Source: Octopus sinensis (taxonomy: Eukaryota). From it: a DNA stretch of 64,000 nucleotides. Of this stretch, positions 12,540-26,074 are shown piece after piece. The translations under genes and the position numbers were made by a program. The stretch is from contig NC_043006.1 of the NCBI RefSeq assembly GCF_006345805.1, positions 38,130,001-38,194,000 on the forward strand. Direction: 5' to 3'. Position 1 is the stretch's first letter, and every line of letters begins with the position of its first letter. A model generated the notes under the pieces. The model did not search any database and was not told the origin of the DNA. It worked only from the letters and a program-made list of their open reading frames with translations.

Positions 12540-13135
12540 TTCTACTCTAGGCACAAGGCCATGAAAATTTGGGGTGAAAGGGGGCTAGTCGATTACATCA
12601 ACCCCAGTGCATAACTGGTACTTATTTCATTGACCCCAAAAGGATGAAAGGCAAAGTCAACGTTGACTAAATTTGAACTCAGATCATAGCAGCAGACGAA
12701 AACCACTAAGCATTTTGCCTGGCGTGCTAACAATTCTGCCATCTCGCCACCTTGATGATAATGATAATAATAATAATAATAATCCTTTCTACTGGAAGCA
12801 CAAGGCCTCAAATTTGGGTGAGGGGATTAAGTCGATTACATCGACCCCAGTGCATAACTGGTGCTTATTTAATTGACCCCAAAAGGATAAAAGGCAAAGT
12901 TGACCGTGGCAGAATTTGAACTCAGAACATAGCGACAGACAAAATACCTATTTCTTTACTACCCACATGGGGCTAAACACTGAAGGGACAAACAAGGACA
13001 GACAAACGGATTAAGTTGATTATATATTGACCCCAGTGCATAACTGGTACTTATTTAATCAACCCCGAAAGGATGAAAGGCAAAGTTGATCACTATATTC
13101 TGAATTCAAAGGTATTTGAACTCAGAATATAAAAA
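12540..13135 (-). mobile_element. Cluster of three SINE family B copies separated by (AAT)n
   Basis: Repeated gattacatcgaccccagtgcataactggtacttatttaat...aaaggatgaaaggcaaagtc...atttgaactcagaa. Confidence 0.85.
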
Positions 13136-13859
13136 GCCAAAAGAAACATTGCTAAGCTTTTTGTCTGACACAATGAGGATTCTACCAGCTCCCTTCCTTT
13201 ACTACTACTACTAATAATAATAATGTGGAGGTGCAATGGCCCAGTGGTTAGGGCAGCGGACTCAAGGTCGGAGGATCACAGTTTCAATTCCCAGACCGGG
13301 CGTTGTGTGTGTTTATTGAGTGAAAAAACCTAAAGCTCCATAAGGCTCCAGCAGATTGAAGCCTGGCATGGCCTCCTGGCTTGCCAGTCCTCCGTCAAAC
13401 TGTCCAACCCATGCCAGCATGGAAAGCAGATGTTAAATGATGATGATGATGATTCTTTTATAAAATAATAATAATGTAAATGAAATAATGATGATGGTGA
13501 TAATTAGTTTATTGTCATCCTTCTAGGTCTGCGGCAATAATTGAAACACTACAATACGATTTTCAATTATCAAATTTTTAATTAGACAGACAAAAATTAG
13601 AATTTAATTTTTATGAATGTTTGTATGTGTGTGCTTTTTCATTCCTTCCAATAAATTTTTTTATCTTTATTTTTATTCCCTTTCCCTCTCTCTCTCTCTC
13701 TCTCCACAAACATACACACACAGATACAAACAAACATGACAAGATGTAGGTGGTTTTAATTATACAAAGACAAGGAAGGCAACGGTAGCTTTGAAGTTAT
13801 GCAAAACAGATGTATCAAATTACGATCAAAGAATTGAAATTATCATCATCCTCATCATC

Positions 13860-14790
13860 AGGTGGTAAGCTGGCAGAATCGTTAGCACACCAGATGAAAT
13901 GCTCAACAGTATTTCATCTGTCTTTATGTCCTGAGTTCAAATCCTGCCAAGGTCATCCTTGCCCTTCATTCTTTCAGGGCTGATAAAATAAGCACTTATT
14001 GAGCACTGGGATCAGTGTAATTGATTTAATGACAGTTGGATAAGAGAATAAAAAGTACATCCATGTGCCAAGCAATGTCAAACCTGTGTAGCAGAGTAGG
14101 CTCATGAAACTAGTATGGCCACAAGCTCAAATTCATGGTCTTTACATCAGACTGTGGTTGATAGAGAGAACATACTGAGGCCTTCATCCTGCAGTGGACT
14201 GAACATAGGCAAGACAATCTAATGTAATCCATCATCATCAGTTGGAAGTTCATTTTTTTCAATCTTGCATGGGTAAGAAGGAATTTGCTGAAACTGATTT
14301 TCTCTGGGTGAATTACCTTCCCATCACCAACCTTCTGCCGTTTCCAAGCAAGATGATGCTTCCCCATGGCCAGAATATTTCCAATAATTGCAGAAGGTAG
14401 TGTGCTGGCAGAAACGTTAGCACACCGAGCAAAATGTCTTTACATTCTGAGTTCAAATTCAGTTGAGGTCGACTTTGCTTTTCCTCATTTTGGGGTCGAT
14501 AAATTAAGTACCAGTTGCATACTGGGATCGATCTAATCAACTGGCCCCTCCCCAGAAACTTCAGGCCTTGTGTCTAGAGTAGAAAAGAATATTTGCAGAA
14601 AGCGGCGAGCTGGCAGAAATGTTGGCACACCAGGCAAAATGCTTAGCGCTATTTCGTATGTTCTGAGTTCAAATTCCACCAAGGTTGACTTTGCCTTTCA
14701 TCCTTCCTGGGTCGATAAATTAAGTACCAGTTGCATACAGGGGTCGATCTAATTGACAGGTCCCTCCCTCAAAATTTCAGACCTTGTGCC
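13860..14790 (+). mobile_element. Three SINE family B copies (13860-14030, 14395-14590, 14600-14790)
   Basis: gctggcagaa(a)cgttagcac...ttctgagttcaaatt...gactttgcctttcatcctt...ggtcgataaattaagtaccagttg. Confidence 0.8.
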
Positions 14791-14799
14791 TAGAGTCAC

Positions 14800-15550
14800 C
14801 ATCATCATCGTTTAACATCTGCTTTCCATGCTAGCATGGGTTGGACGATTTGACTGAGGACTGGCGAACCAGATGGCCCCAATCTGATCTGGCAAAGTTT
14901 CTACAGCTGGATGCCCTTCCTAACGCCAACCACTCCGAGAGTGTAGTGGGTGCTTTTACGTGCCACCAACACAAGGGCCAATCAGGCGATACTGGCAACA
15001 TCCACACTCAAATGGTGTTTTTTTATGTGCCACCTGCACAGGAGCCAGTCTAGCGGTACTGGCAACAACCTTGTTTGAATGTTTTTCACGTGCAACCAGC
15101 ACGAGAGCCAGTAAGGCGATGCTGGTATCGATCACACTCAAATGGTGGTTTTTACAAACGATGTTGGTGTGTTTACATCCCCATAGCTTAGCGGTTCTGC
15201 AAAAGAGACTGATAGAGTAAGTACTAGGCTTACAAAGAATAAGTCCTGGGGTCAAGGTGTTCGACTAAAGGTGGTGTTCCAGCATGGCCACGGACTGAAA
15301 CGAATAAATGAATAAAGGAATAAAAAAGGACCCGTGAGGGTTCACATCAAATCACCTGTGTAGTGTCATATAAAAGCAGCCAACACACATGGTAAAAATG
15401 TTTGGTATTAGGAAGGGCATCCAGCCATGGAAACCATGCAAAATCAGACTGGATCCAGGTGCAGCTCTCCAGCTTGCCACCTCTGGTCAAACTGCCCAAA
15501 CCAATACCAGCATGGACAACGGACATTAAATGATCATAATGATGATGAAG
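14800..15550. mobile_element. Family C copies (14800-15165 minus, 15350-15550 plus) around a family A 3' half (15170-15310)
   Basis: Family motifs as above. Confidence 0.7.
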
Positions 15551-16289
15551 AACAGACTTCCACACAGTTTCTGTCTATAAAATTCACTCCCAAGGCACTG
15601 GTAGGCCTGAGCTATGCAGTGGAACTGAACCAAAAACCATAAGGTTACAAACTGAACTTCTTAACCACACAACCATTCCACCACACATGTGAGTGAGACA
15701 GAGAGATGCTTAATGTAAACTTGATTAAAACATTCTTACTGTCGGAAAAAAATCCTCCCCCAAAATTTGAAATCTTTCAACAAGGTAATGCTGAAAAATA
15801 GCTGACATTTTAATCTAACACTTGAGTTATGAGTTGTTATTTGTTGGCCTGAATCAGGGGGGGGGGAAAAAAAATCAAGTAAAAAGGTTTAGAAATTATA
15901 TATGAATAAAGACGTACAAAACTATTGAATTAAAAATATTAAAAAAAAAAGCTGAAGAAAATATTTTTGGTAGCTAAGTAAAATTAATGTTATATATCTT
16001 GACAGAAAAATTAAGAGTATAAGGATTTATTAGGTTAAAAAAATTTGAAGATTCTAGAAAAAGGTGTATGAAACTACCGTAATTGCATACAAGGCACACC
16101 CCTATCAATAAGATTCATTAAATAATATAAGACACCGATCATGCGAGTTATGTAAGCTGGGAAAGGAGACATAATGAGATAATGTGACTTTTCCACATAC
16201 CTACTGATCCATCATAAGCAATTTTCATAAGTTTGTGCTAACAGTCTATGATATTTTGGCTTGTTTACAATATTTTCTTAGTCATGAGG

Positions 16290-16975
16290 CAGTGAACTGG
16301 CAGAAGTGTTAGCATGCTGGGCGAAATGCTAAGAGGAATTTCGTCCATCTTTACGTTCAAATTCTGCCAAGGCTGACATTGACTGTCATCGTTTCAGAGT
16401 CAATGAAATAAGAAACAGTTGAGCATTGAGGGGTTTATGTGATCAACTTAGCTCTGCCCCATAAATAACTGACCTTGTGCCAAATTTTGAAACCAATACA
16501 GAAGGCAGCCAGCTGGCAGAATCATTAACATGCCAAGCAAAATGTTTTTATGTTCTGAGTTCAAATTCTGCTGAGGTTAACTTTGCCTTTCATCTTTATT
16601 GGATCAATAAAATTAGTACCAGCTGAGCTCTGGGATCGATGTAATCAATTTGCATCTTCCCCGCCATCCCCAGTGCCCCCTGACTGGCTCCTGTGCTGGT
16701 GGCATGTAAAAAGCACTGTTCAAACATGGTCGTTGCCAGTACTCCCTGAATGTCTCCCATGCCACTGTCCGAACATGAGCAATGCGAGGGCCACCGTACT
16801 GGCTCCTGTGCTGCTAGCACATAAAAAGCATGCACTACACTCTTGGAAGGGCATCCAGCTGTAGAAATATAGCCAGATCAGACTGGAGCCTCGTGCAGCC
16901 GATGGCTCTCCAAACCTCAGTCAAACTGTCCAACCCATGCCAGCATGGAAAACGGACGTTAAATGATGATGATGT
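16290..16975 (+). mobile_element. Two family B copies followed by a family C copy
   Basis: Family motifs as above; (GAT)n tail at ~16965. Confidence 0.7.
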
Positions 16976-17079
16976 GCCAAATTTGTAACCAAATTAATAA
17001 CAATGATTGTGCCAAGCAGACTTATGCTTATTTGGCTTCCCCACTTAGCTTGCCTTTCGGTCATGAATGACCATGTGAT

Positions 17080-17380
17080 TGCACCTAGAAAGTTTCCCTC
17101 TGAGGCACAAGTCCAAGCAAGGTTGTTTAGGGAAGACCAGCAGTCACCCATGCGTACCAGCCTCCCCTCTCCACACCACTGATGTTATCCAAGGGAAAGG
17201 CAAAGGCCAATACAGCGTGGCACCAGTGATATCGCAATTCATTTCTACAGCTGAGTGAACTGGAGCAACGTGAAATAAAATGCCTTGCTGAAGAACACAA
17301 CACACAATCCGACCTGGGAATTAAACTCACTACCTCATGATTGTCAGTCTGGCACTCTAACCACTGAGTCACGCACCTAG
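17080..17380 (-). mobile_element. tRNA-derived SINE (family E-related head, different body)
   Basis: Minus-strand head ...tggttagagtgccagac...gtgagtttaattcccaggtcgg; body gctccagttcactcagctgtagaaatga. Confidence 0.55.
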
Positions 17381-17444
17381 CCCACAGCATTTGGTTTGCC
17401 ATCCGTAATTCAACCACATTAAACACAGAACAATTGTTTATATA

Positions 17445-17649
17445 CTCTTTTACTTGTTTCAGTCATTTGACTGTGGCCATGCTGGAGTACCGCCTTTAGT
17501 TAAGCAAATCGACCCCAGGACTTATTCTTTGTAAGCCTAGTATTTATTTTATCAGTCTTTTTTGCTGAACCACTAAGTTACATTACGGGGATGTAAACAC
17601 ACTAGCATCAGTTGTCAAGCGATGTTGGGGGGAGAAACACAGACACACA

Positions 17650-17685
<36 letters not shown>

Positions 17686-17858
17686 CATATATATGATGGG
17701 CTTCTTTCAGTTTCAGTCGACCAAATCCACTCACAAGGCTTTGGTCGGCCCAAGGCTATAGTAGAAGACACTTGCCCAAGGTACCACGCAGTGGGACTGA
17801 ACCCGGAACCATGTGGTTTGTAAGCAAGCTACTTACCAGCCACCACTCCTACGCCTAT
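17445..17858 (-). mobile_element. SINE family A, full length
   Basis: Consensus match with (AT)n centre. Confidence 0.9.
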
Positions 17859-19169
17859 TATAAAATAACCTTTTAAATAATTAATACAATATTATTTTGG
17901 ATGTATATCTTCTGTGATGACTTTTTGATGTAATTTTCCTGCTCTTACTTTATAATATATATATATATTATGGAAGAGCTAAATAACTGGGTTGAATGGC
18001 AGAATAACCTGAAGTGTCATGCTCTGGCTTGAGTTATGATCAGATGGATAGATGGATGAATGACATCCACATCAATATATCCTGTTACACATAATTATGA
18101 AGAGAATGATTTACAATGACAACATCTGATTATTAATCTTGGGTTGACTAAGAATAGAAATACATTTAAGTGAAAACTTGAGAACTTAATGTAATAAATA
18201 TCGCATTTAGGAAATAAATTGAGAAGCTTTATCTGATGTAATGAGTTACAACAATATATTAATACAACTGTACATTCTCACTTGTTTGTCTAATGCTAAA
18301 AGATGTAACTTGAATAGAGAAAGATGCTGAGGGAGAGGAAGTGAGAGAGAGAGAGAGAGAGATGTATATGAAAGAGAAGGCAGGTAAAGATGAAGAGATA
18401 TAAACTTGAAGATGGAGAGGCAGAAGGCAGGATATCAAGACATCACTAAGCCTGTGACAGCACTTCGTTACAAGGTAATTGTTGCAATTACCTCCAAAAG
18501 TAATTATTGCAGATACACAAATATAAATAAAAAAATGGTATATCTATGCATGTATATGCTTTGATTCATTTAGTTTTGTTATTTGATTTTGGATTCTGGT
18601 CATGCTGGGGCACTATCAAGGGCTCAGTGAAGCATATCAACCCCTGTACATATTTTAAAGTTTGGTACATATTTTATTTTATCAATGTATATATTTGTCA
18701 GACCATTTGCTACAGTACACCAACATCACTGGTTATAAATGTAAACACACACACGCATATATGTGTGTATATAGATATTTAAATACACACACACATGCAA
18801 TTGACTTCTATACCATTTCTACCTACCATCTTTTACTCAAAGTGTTAACTCGAGCCTGCATAAGAAGACCCTTGCCCAAGAAGCTTGGCATGGCCTAAAC
18901 CAAGAACCAGATTTTAAAATATACAGCTCTGCCTGTGCCTATATTATTGATGTGCTTTTTAGAGAATTCACAGTTCAGAGTGGCACCTACTACACTTCAT
19001 CCAATAGGACAGTGGATTCAAGTCCAACTAAATTAACTATTCTCTTATATGAAAATATGGATGTAATAAGCTGATATTCATTTATAACCAAATCATAAAT
19101 TTAAAAAATATTTTTCATAACAAGCTTATTTCCAAGACAGTGATCAAAAAATATTAAAAAATTGTTTGA

Positions 19170-19580
19170 CAACCAATGTTTGTGTGTTTACGTCTCCATA
19201 ACTTAGCGGTTCAGCAAAAGAAACTGATAGAATAAGTACTAGGCTTACAAAGAATAAGTCCTCGGGTTGATTTGTTTGACTAAAGGCGATGCTCCAGCAT
19301 GGCTCACTCACTTGACTGAAACAAATTAAAGAATAAAAGAAATGCAAAGAACGTGTGTGTGTATATGCCTTTGTGACTGTGTTTGTCCACCACCACTTGA
19401 CAACCGGTGTTGGTGTGTTTACATCCCTGTAACTTAGCAGTTCAGCAAAAAAGACTGATAGAAAAAGTACTGGGCTTAGTAAAACAAAAAAAAAAGTCCT
19501 AAGGTTGATCCATTCAACCAAAAATTCTTCAAAGCAGTGCTCCAGCATGACCGCAGTCAAATGACTGAAACAAGTGAGAG
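19170..19580 (+). mobile_element. Two tandem SINE family A 3' halves
   Basis: gtgtgtttac.tc...taacttagc.gttc.gcaaaa...ctccagcatg...gactgaaacaa occurs twice; ends about 25 bp from the exon donor. Confidence 0.8.
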
Positions 19581-19608
19581 AAAGCAATATTTTATTGCAA
19601 TGACTTAC

Positions 19609-19755
19609 CTTTTCCAAGAACTTCAGCTCAGCTCGACATTTTTTCTCCAGCTTGGAATAACCACTGATGTTGGAATGCTCTCGACAGAGTTTGATGAAAT
19701 TTTCTGCTACAGATTCATAGGTTTTCAACTGGAAGTCTTCTGACTGTGAAGCCAT
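19609..19755 (-). CDS. C7orf25: First coding exon of a UPF0415 / DUF1308 protein (C7orf25 homolog)
   Basis: 49 codons: MASQSEDFQLKTYESVAENFIKLCREHSNISGYSKLEKKCRAELKFLEK. ISGYSKLEKKCRAELKFLEK resembles the C7orf25 N-terminal motif [20 protein letters not shown] (recalled from memory). Phase-0 donor AAG|gtaagt at 19608. Acceptor ttccag at 19788-19787 with an in-frame TAA in the 31 nt before the ATG, so this ATG is the start. The longer 203-aa track ORF is read-through into intronic SINE sequence. Confidence 0.8.
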
Positions 19756-20019
19756 TATTATTATTATTATTATTATTTAGTTCTTCCTGGAAGATGTGAA
19801 TGGAAAAATCAAATAAGAAATAAATCCTAGAAATTGATTCTAATAACCCATCGTTTTTCTCAGTATCCTTCTCTTTTGTTTTCCAACTAGGGTAGCTACC
19901 AACTGGGGTATCTATGCATCCACCCTACAGTTAGACACCTAAATGTACCTTAAATTCCTCAAGTGGAACAAAACCACACCCCATCAATAGTATTCCCCAC
20001 CCCCACCTGAAACATTTTT

Positions 20020-20820
20020 GCCTTGTAAGGTACTTGGTGACCTTATCAGTGTTGGTAGCACCTAAAAAGCACAGGTACTGGTGTCATATGAAAGGTTCTG
20101 ATAATGGTACCATATAAAAAGCTTTGGTGTTGGTGCCACATAAAAAGCACCCAGTACACTCTGTCAAGTGGTTGGCTTTAGGAAGGACATCCAGCTGAAG
20201 AGATGAAACCAAAGTAGACAATGGAATTTGGTGTGGCTCCTGGCCTAGCCAGCTTCCATCAAACCATTCAGCACCATTCCATCATGGAAAATGGACATTA
20301 AATGATGATGATGGTGAATAATTAGGAAATCTTATCTACCAGAGTTGTGTTTCTTTCTTACATAAAACCCAAGTTCCATAAGGCTTGAGTTTTCAAGTAC
20401 ATAAAAAAAAAAAGGTTTAAATCTTTTCTACTCTAAGAGTAAGGCCTGAAATTTGGGGGGAAGGAACCAGTCAATTAGATCGACCCCAGAATGCAGCTGG
20501 TACTTAATGAATTGAGCCTGAGAGGATGAAAAGCAAAGTCGACCTAGGTGGAATTTGAACTCAGAATGTAAAGACAGACAAAATACCTATTTCTTGACTA
20601 CCCACAAGGGGCTAAACACAGAGAGGACAAACAAGGACAGACAAACGGATTAAGTCGATTATATCAACCCCAATGCGTAACTGGTACTTATTTAATTGAC
20701 CTCGAAAGGATGAAAGGCAAAGTCGACCTCAGCCGAATTTGAATTCAGAACGTAGCAGCAGACGAAATACCGCTAAGCATTTCGCCTGGCGTGCTAATGT
20801 TTCTGCCAGCTTGCTGCTTT
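20020..20820. mobile_element. Family C copy (20020-20315, +) and family B copies (20430-20820, -)
   Basis: Family motifs as above. Confidence 0.7.
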
Positions 20821-21076
20821 GAAAAAAAAAAGGTTTAAATGGCGGTGCCCCAGCATGGCCACAGCTCATAAGCTGAAACTAGAATCAATCAATCAATCAT
20901 GTCTAACTGAGAGAAAAAACTTCCAGAATGTATGTGTCTTTATTGTCTATGAACAGAAACATAAATAAAAGAGAATGTGAGTACTAAGGATCTTATTCAT
21001 TAATTCACCAGAAATTGAAATTTCACTATTTCAATGAGTTCTTGGTACACATACACACACAGATTAGATCCTTGGT

Positions 21077-21350
21077 TTACGAATGCCTCTCATCTTGAAG
21101 AAATTGGTTTACAAACAATTTTTTGACCATGAAATGTCCCAGGTGACAAATGATGTCCTGAGCAAAGAACATGTTACAAAGCTGCAACAATGGAAGGAGG
21201 AATTCCAACCATGTTTCATGGTTCGCTACCTCAACAGCTCCTTTATAGGATCCAGTGGCCAAAGACATCATCAGGAGGAACCATGTCCAGTTTTGGCTCC
21301 TACTCCTCTACAATTTTCGACATGGTGGGACCCCGCTCCTTTCAGAGGTG
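21077..21350 (+). pseudogene. Possible heavily decayed RTE-clade LINE fragment (post-RT region)
   Basis: One frame reads MFHGSLPQQLLYRIQWPKTSSGG, reminiscent of the RTE motif M...RLPKQLLYGEL..GKR..GG. Weak. Confidence 0.3.
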
Positions 21351-22364
21351 CCTTCAGCTCTGGTGTTGAATGCATTTCTTCTTTCCCCTTTTTTCTTTTG
21401 TTCTTTGGTTTCTTCAATGCAGCGTCAACAAATATCAGTGGGCGACTGACCATCCTGCCAAATTTCCCTCAATTTACAATCTTAAGGTCCCAGGTTCACT
21501 CTTGTCAGATGGATTCTATTTTTACCTGTATTTCAAAGGTCCATCCTAGTCAGATACTGGGTCACAGAGATTTCATAAATAGGATTACATTTCAGGTACA
21601 CAACTCTGTGGAGTACTCAGCCACTTAAACGTTAGTTTCAGAAGCAGGTAGTTGAACTGACTGAATGATTGAATGCTCGACATTGAAACTGATGGAGGAT
21701 GTATCATCATCACTATCAGTATGATTATCATCAACACCAGCATTACATTATCATGACTACCACCATCACCAAACCACTAGCACCACCACCTTCCTCCTTA
21801 TCACCACCATCTCCATCACCAACATCACCACCACCACTGCCACCATCATCCTGCTTATCACCACCATCTCCATCATCATCATCACCACTACCACCCACCG
21901 CTACCAACACCACCACCACCACCATCACCATCACCATCATTTCTTTCATCCCTATTACCTTTCCATCTCTAGCATTAAGTAATCTAGCAAAAAAAGAAAT
22001 TATAATTTCATTTTGTAACGAAGCAATTAGAATAATGCTGAATTCTTTTTGTATTTTTCCTTCCTTATCCTTTTATCTTTCTTTTTTTTTTGCATTAGTT
22101 AATGACTAGTTAATGAAATTATAATAATTAATGGTTTCTGCAGATGAATAGAAAGTAATTTTTATATGAAAAAATTAATAAAAATTGTTGATAATTGTCG
22201 CGGTTTTTTATACCTGAAGATGGTAACGATGATGCAGATGATGATGATAGTGATGTTGATGATGATTGTGATGGCAGTGGGTGGGGATGATGATACATCC
22301 TCCATCAGTTTCAATTTTGAATTAAATGCTACAGGTTCTTCACAACACTGCACTGTATGAGCGC

Positions 22365-22660
22365 ATGTGAAGGCACAATGGCCCAGTGTTTAGGGCAGTG
22401 GACTCACTGTTGTGGGATTGTGGTTTCAATTCCCAGACCGAGCATTATGAGTGTTTATTGAGCGAAAACACCTAAAGTTCCACAAGGCCCCTACAGGGGG
22501 TTGTGGCGAACCCTGTTGTACTCTTCCACCACAACTTTCTTTCACTCTTTCTTCCTGTTTCTGTTGTACCTGTATTTCAAAGAGGCCAGCCTTGGCACAC
22601 TGTGTCACTCTGTATCTCCCCCGAGAACTGTGTTAAGGGTACCCGTGTCTTTGGAGTGCT
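22365..22660 (+). mobile_element. tRNA-derived SINE family E
   Basis: tgtgaaggcacaatggcccagtgtttagggcagtggactc...ggtttcaattcccagacc head. Confidence 0.75.
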
Positions 22661-22767
22661 ATATATTATTTATTTAAAGGTCACAAATAAATAATAAATA
22701 AATAATATGTATCTCTCACCAGATGGAGTACTTTTTTTGTTTACTTTTTTATCATGGATCAGTACAT

Positions 22768-22818
<51 letters not shown>

Positions 22819-23599
22819 CTGCTTAGTTATATATTTAGGAGTTGGTTGTAATTTACTTATTGAATTGAGGGCGGGTGGGAACAGCCCATGCATTGTGAGT
22901 GAAAATGAATACATGAAAACTGCAGAAGCCTGTTGAATGAACTGGACTGTACCTGTACTTCAAAGGGGCCAACATGTGTTGGTTTGATTGTACCTGATGA
23001 TTACTTTATGGGCTCATGTGCTGGCCACTAATGGTATCATGTCAGGTCACTTGTGACGTCTCTTACAAATGCTAACGGTAACATGGGATCCAGTACAACT
23101 TGTTGTATGGTCAGATCGTTGGTGACTAAGCTAGCACACATACTAGGCTTGCCTGGTGAGGAGGGTTGCTAGAAACCCAGCAGAACTAAAACAAAACCTG
23201 TCAAAAGGACGGATGAATCTAGTGTGGGTTCAATATCTATCTAGTAATAGCATAGGCCCTCAGAAATTCCAGGTTGGTGTCTGGTGTGCTGGAAGACCAC
23301 TGGGAGTGAGGCACCTCTTAGCTTTTGCTAAAGCATGTCTCTAGAACCTGCTTCAAATCCAGGCAACACCACTCTGATAATCAGGGGTGACTTGGTCCAT
23401 GAATCTTCTGTAAAGGTTGACAATTGACGGCAAGATGGGTTGTTATGGATCACACTATCCCAAAGTGTGTATACATGTGATTGGGGACCACATGTGAACT
23501 GGTATCCCCACTAAAACTCTGTACATGAACTCTGCACCTCCATGGTGAAGGACAACTATGGCCTCAACATTGTTGGATGTGGTCAGCATCTATTGAAGT

Positions 23600-24050
23600 G
23601 CATGGCTTAGTGGTTAGGGTGTAGGACTCATGATGGTAAGATTGTGGTTTCGAAGGGGGCGAGCTGGCAGAAATGTTAGCATACCGGGCGAAATGCTTAG
23701 CTCTATTTCATCTGCCATTATGTTCTGAGTTCAAATACCACCGAGGTCGACTTTGCCTTTCATCCTTTTGAGGTCAATAAATTAAGTACCAGTTATGCAC
23801 TGGGGCCAATCTAATCGACTTAATCCATTTGTCCCTTCTGTGTCTAGCCCCTTGTGGGCAGTAAAGAAATAAGATTGTGGTTTTGATTCCTAGACTGGGT
23901 GATGCATTGTGTTCTTGAGCAAGACACTTCATTTGACGTTGCTCCAGTCCACTCAGCTGGCAAAAATGAATAATCCTGCAATGGACTGGCGTCCCATCCA
24001 GGTGAGGAATATATACACCACTGAAACCAAGGAACTGGCTCTTATGAGCC
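23600..24050 (+). mobile_element. tRNA-derived SINE interrupted by a family B copy (23655-23875)
   Basis: Head gcatggcttagtggttagggtg...gtaagattgtggttt resumes as aagattgtggttttgattcc after the insertion; the duplicated aagattgtggttt is TSD-like. Confidence 0.7.
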
Positions 24051-24089
24051 TGGCATTGCTCCAGGAGGTAACTTTACCTTACTTTTTTT

Positions 24090-24185
24090 CAAGGAAGGTG
24101 GTCAGCATTCATGAGGGACATGATGAACTTGTTGATCAGAGCTGGCTCAATCCATCCCGGGTGAATGGCACTACAAGTACAAGGC
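24090..24185 (+). mobile_element. RTE-clade LINE 3' terminus
   Basis: RWSAFMRDMMNLLIRAGSIHPG* followed by atggcactacaagtacaag, similar to the RTE end ...cccgggtgaatgcc..caagtacaag. Confidence 0.5.
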
Positions 24186-24432
24186 AGTATGAGAACCAGT
24201 ACTGGTGCTATAATTTACTGACGTAAGCATTTCAGTTGATAGAAGAACTGGAAAATTCATTGTTGAAACTGTACAAAGATCTAGTTACTCATGCACATTT
24301 ACTCTGCATCTGCATGTGAACATGCATGTGCATGTAGGTGTGCATGCACATGTTTGTTTATCTGCATGTGTGAGTGCTTATGTGTGCACATGCGTATGTA
24401 TGCATGTGCATGCATGTTAGTGTGTGCACATG

Positions 24433-24466
<34 letters not shown>

Positions 24467-24699
24467 GCACATGTGTGTATTTGTGTACCTGGCACAATTT
24501 TGCATGTTCCTTGTTATTGATTTGTAAGACATGCAATTTGGTACAACTGTACTGTTCTATTGTCTCTCGACCTTGTGGCAAATAAAAGCAACCATTATCA
24601 TAATCAACTTCACTGACTGTCATCATCACCCTTATCCTCACTGAAATACTTTTCATCAGCATTTCTATGCATTTATTGCATTCATTTCATCCTTATCAT

Positions 24700-24910
24700 C
24701 ACCATCATTAATATCATTTTTATTATTATTATTATTATTATTATGACTGTTAGCATTATTTTTAATATTACTGTTATTACTATAATTATTGCTATTAATA
24801 TTACTTTTGATATTACTATTACTAATATTATTACTATTAGTAATAATAATAATAATTATTATTATTATTTTTATTATTATTATTGTTATTATTACTAATA
24901 TAATATTGTT
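24700..24910. repeat. (ATT/AAT)n degenerate microsatellite
   Basis: Directly visible. Confidence 0.9.
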
Positions 24911-25559
24911 ATAACCAGCACCATGGTCTTATTAAATAAAATATCTGAAATATCAAAATATCAAAGTGTTAGAAATAGAAAGAAGCAGGATGGGGATGTA
25001 GGTGCGAAGGGGGAAAAAGTAAAAAAAAAAAAAATTAGAAAATATATTTTAAAAAAGGATGGGGGGGGGGGGGCAGAAAAATGTTTAAAAAAAAAAAGAA
25101 AAGAAAAAAAAACAAAGAAATTTCTTAACCAACATTAAAACATATTTGAAAAGTTTATTCTGGTATGAACAGGCTCACTATTGTCATAGGAACAGGAAGT
25201 TAGCATTTTCTTCCAAAGAATAGACGCAACCATTGCTGCTAAAAATAGCAATTTCAACAGCATAGCTGAAAGAAATTACTAGAATGGAGAGGGTTAAACT
25301 GGAATGCACATGCCTAGATGCACATGCATGCTTGCATGCACACGTTTCATCAATGCATGTGCAAGTGCATGATACAAACTAACAGCCATGTATAGACTAC
25401 GTACAATAAAAATTTATTGATCTGCAATATGCATGATACACACAATCTACATACACACACACACATACACCTTTTTATTCTTTTATGTATTTCAACCCAA
25501 AGGCTGTGGCCATGCTGGGACATTGTCAGTGTTATCACCTTTCCAATGGCCGTTCTTTT

Positions 25560-25915
25560 GTGACTGGTTTTTAGTGAAGCGGGGAGTTTGACATTGTTGC
25601 CCTCTTTTAAGTTTCTTGCAATGATGTAGGTTCATCTGTGATGTTGGACAGCAGGAGGTCAAGTTGTTTGCTGAAAATAGCTACCACTACCCCAAGTAAA
25701 TCTCCCAGATATTTTAGCAAGATATTACATAGATATGGGCCCTTGAATTCCATGCTATTGCAGAACATAGTCCTCACTCTAGACAGGATAGCTGATCCCT
25801 TTAGAACATTGCTGTGGTGTCCAGTTCAGAGGCTGGTATAGCTCTCAATGCCAAAGTTTGGCCAACCCTTCCAAGATCTTTCAATTGTATATCATTGCAT
25901 ATCTCTCCTGTCTTC
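25560..25915 (-). pseudogene. CR1/L2-like LINE ORF2 C-terminal fragment, decayed
   Basis: Minus strand: RRYAMIYN*KILEGL..FGI...SRVRTMFCNS..FKGP.LCNILLKYL.DL.GV.VAIFSKQLDLLLSNITDEP, the typical CR1-like tail RRERY.IIY.WKILEG.VPN...FKGP.LFN.LP...LD..L..IPDEP. Confidence 0.65.
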
Positions 25916-26074
25916 ACTCCAAACACACACACCTGAATGTTTTTGCTAAAATATTTTATACGATAACAATATTTGAGGAAAGATTTTCTTTAAAATTATT
26001 AAATATTTAAAAAAATTTTTAGAAACACTCAATGTCATAAACTACTCTGGAAGATGTTTTTATAATGTCTTTTT

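Noticed and set aside
13225-13300. tRNA genes at SINE heads (also 4160-4232, 22365-22440, 29880-29955)
   Set aside because: A/B-box-like motifs only, with no full cloverleaf; each continues into a repeat body.
19144-19608. The remaining 154 aa of the 203-aa ORF 19144-19755
   Set aside because: It lies beyond a consensus donor (AAG|gtaagt) and consists of antisense SINE sequence; not protein-like.
21083-21628. 181-aa plus-strand ORF as a host gene
   Set aside because: It spans an RTE-like relic, a pyrimidine tract and a decayed SINE body; no recognisable family or splice context.
24093-24222. Apparent plus-strand exon (ttttcaag|...tgac|gtaagc) with an open frame
   Set aside because: A different frame and the DNA match an RTE 3' end (cccgggtgaatg..caagtacaag), and there are no partner exons. 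Low residual chance of exonisation.
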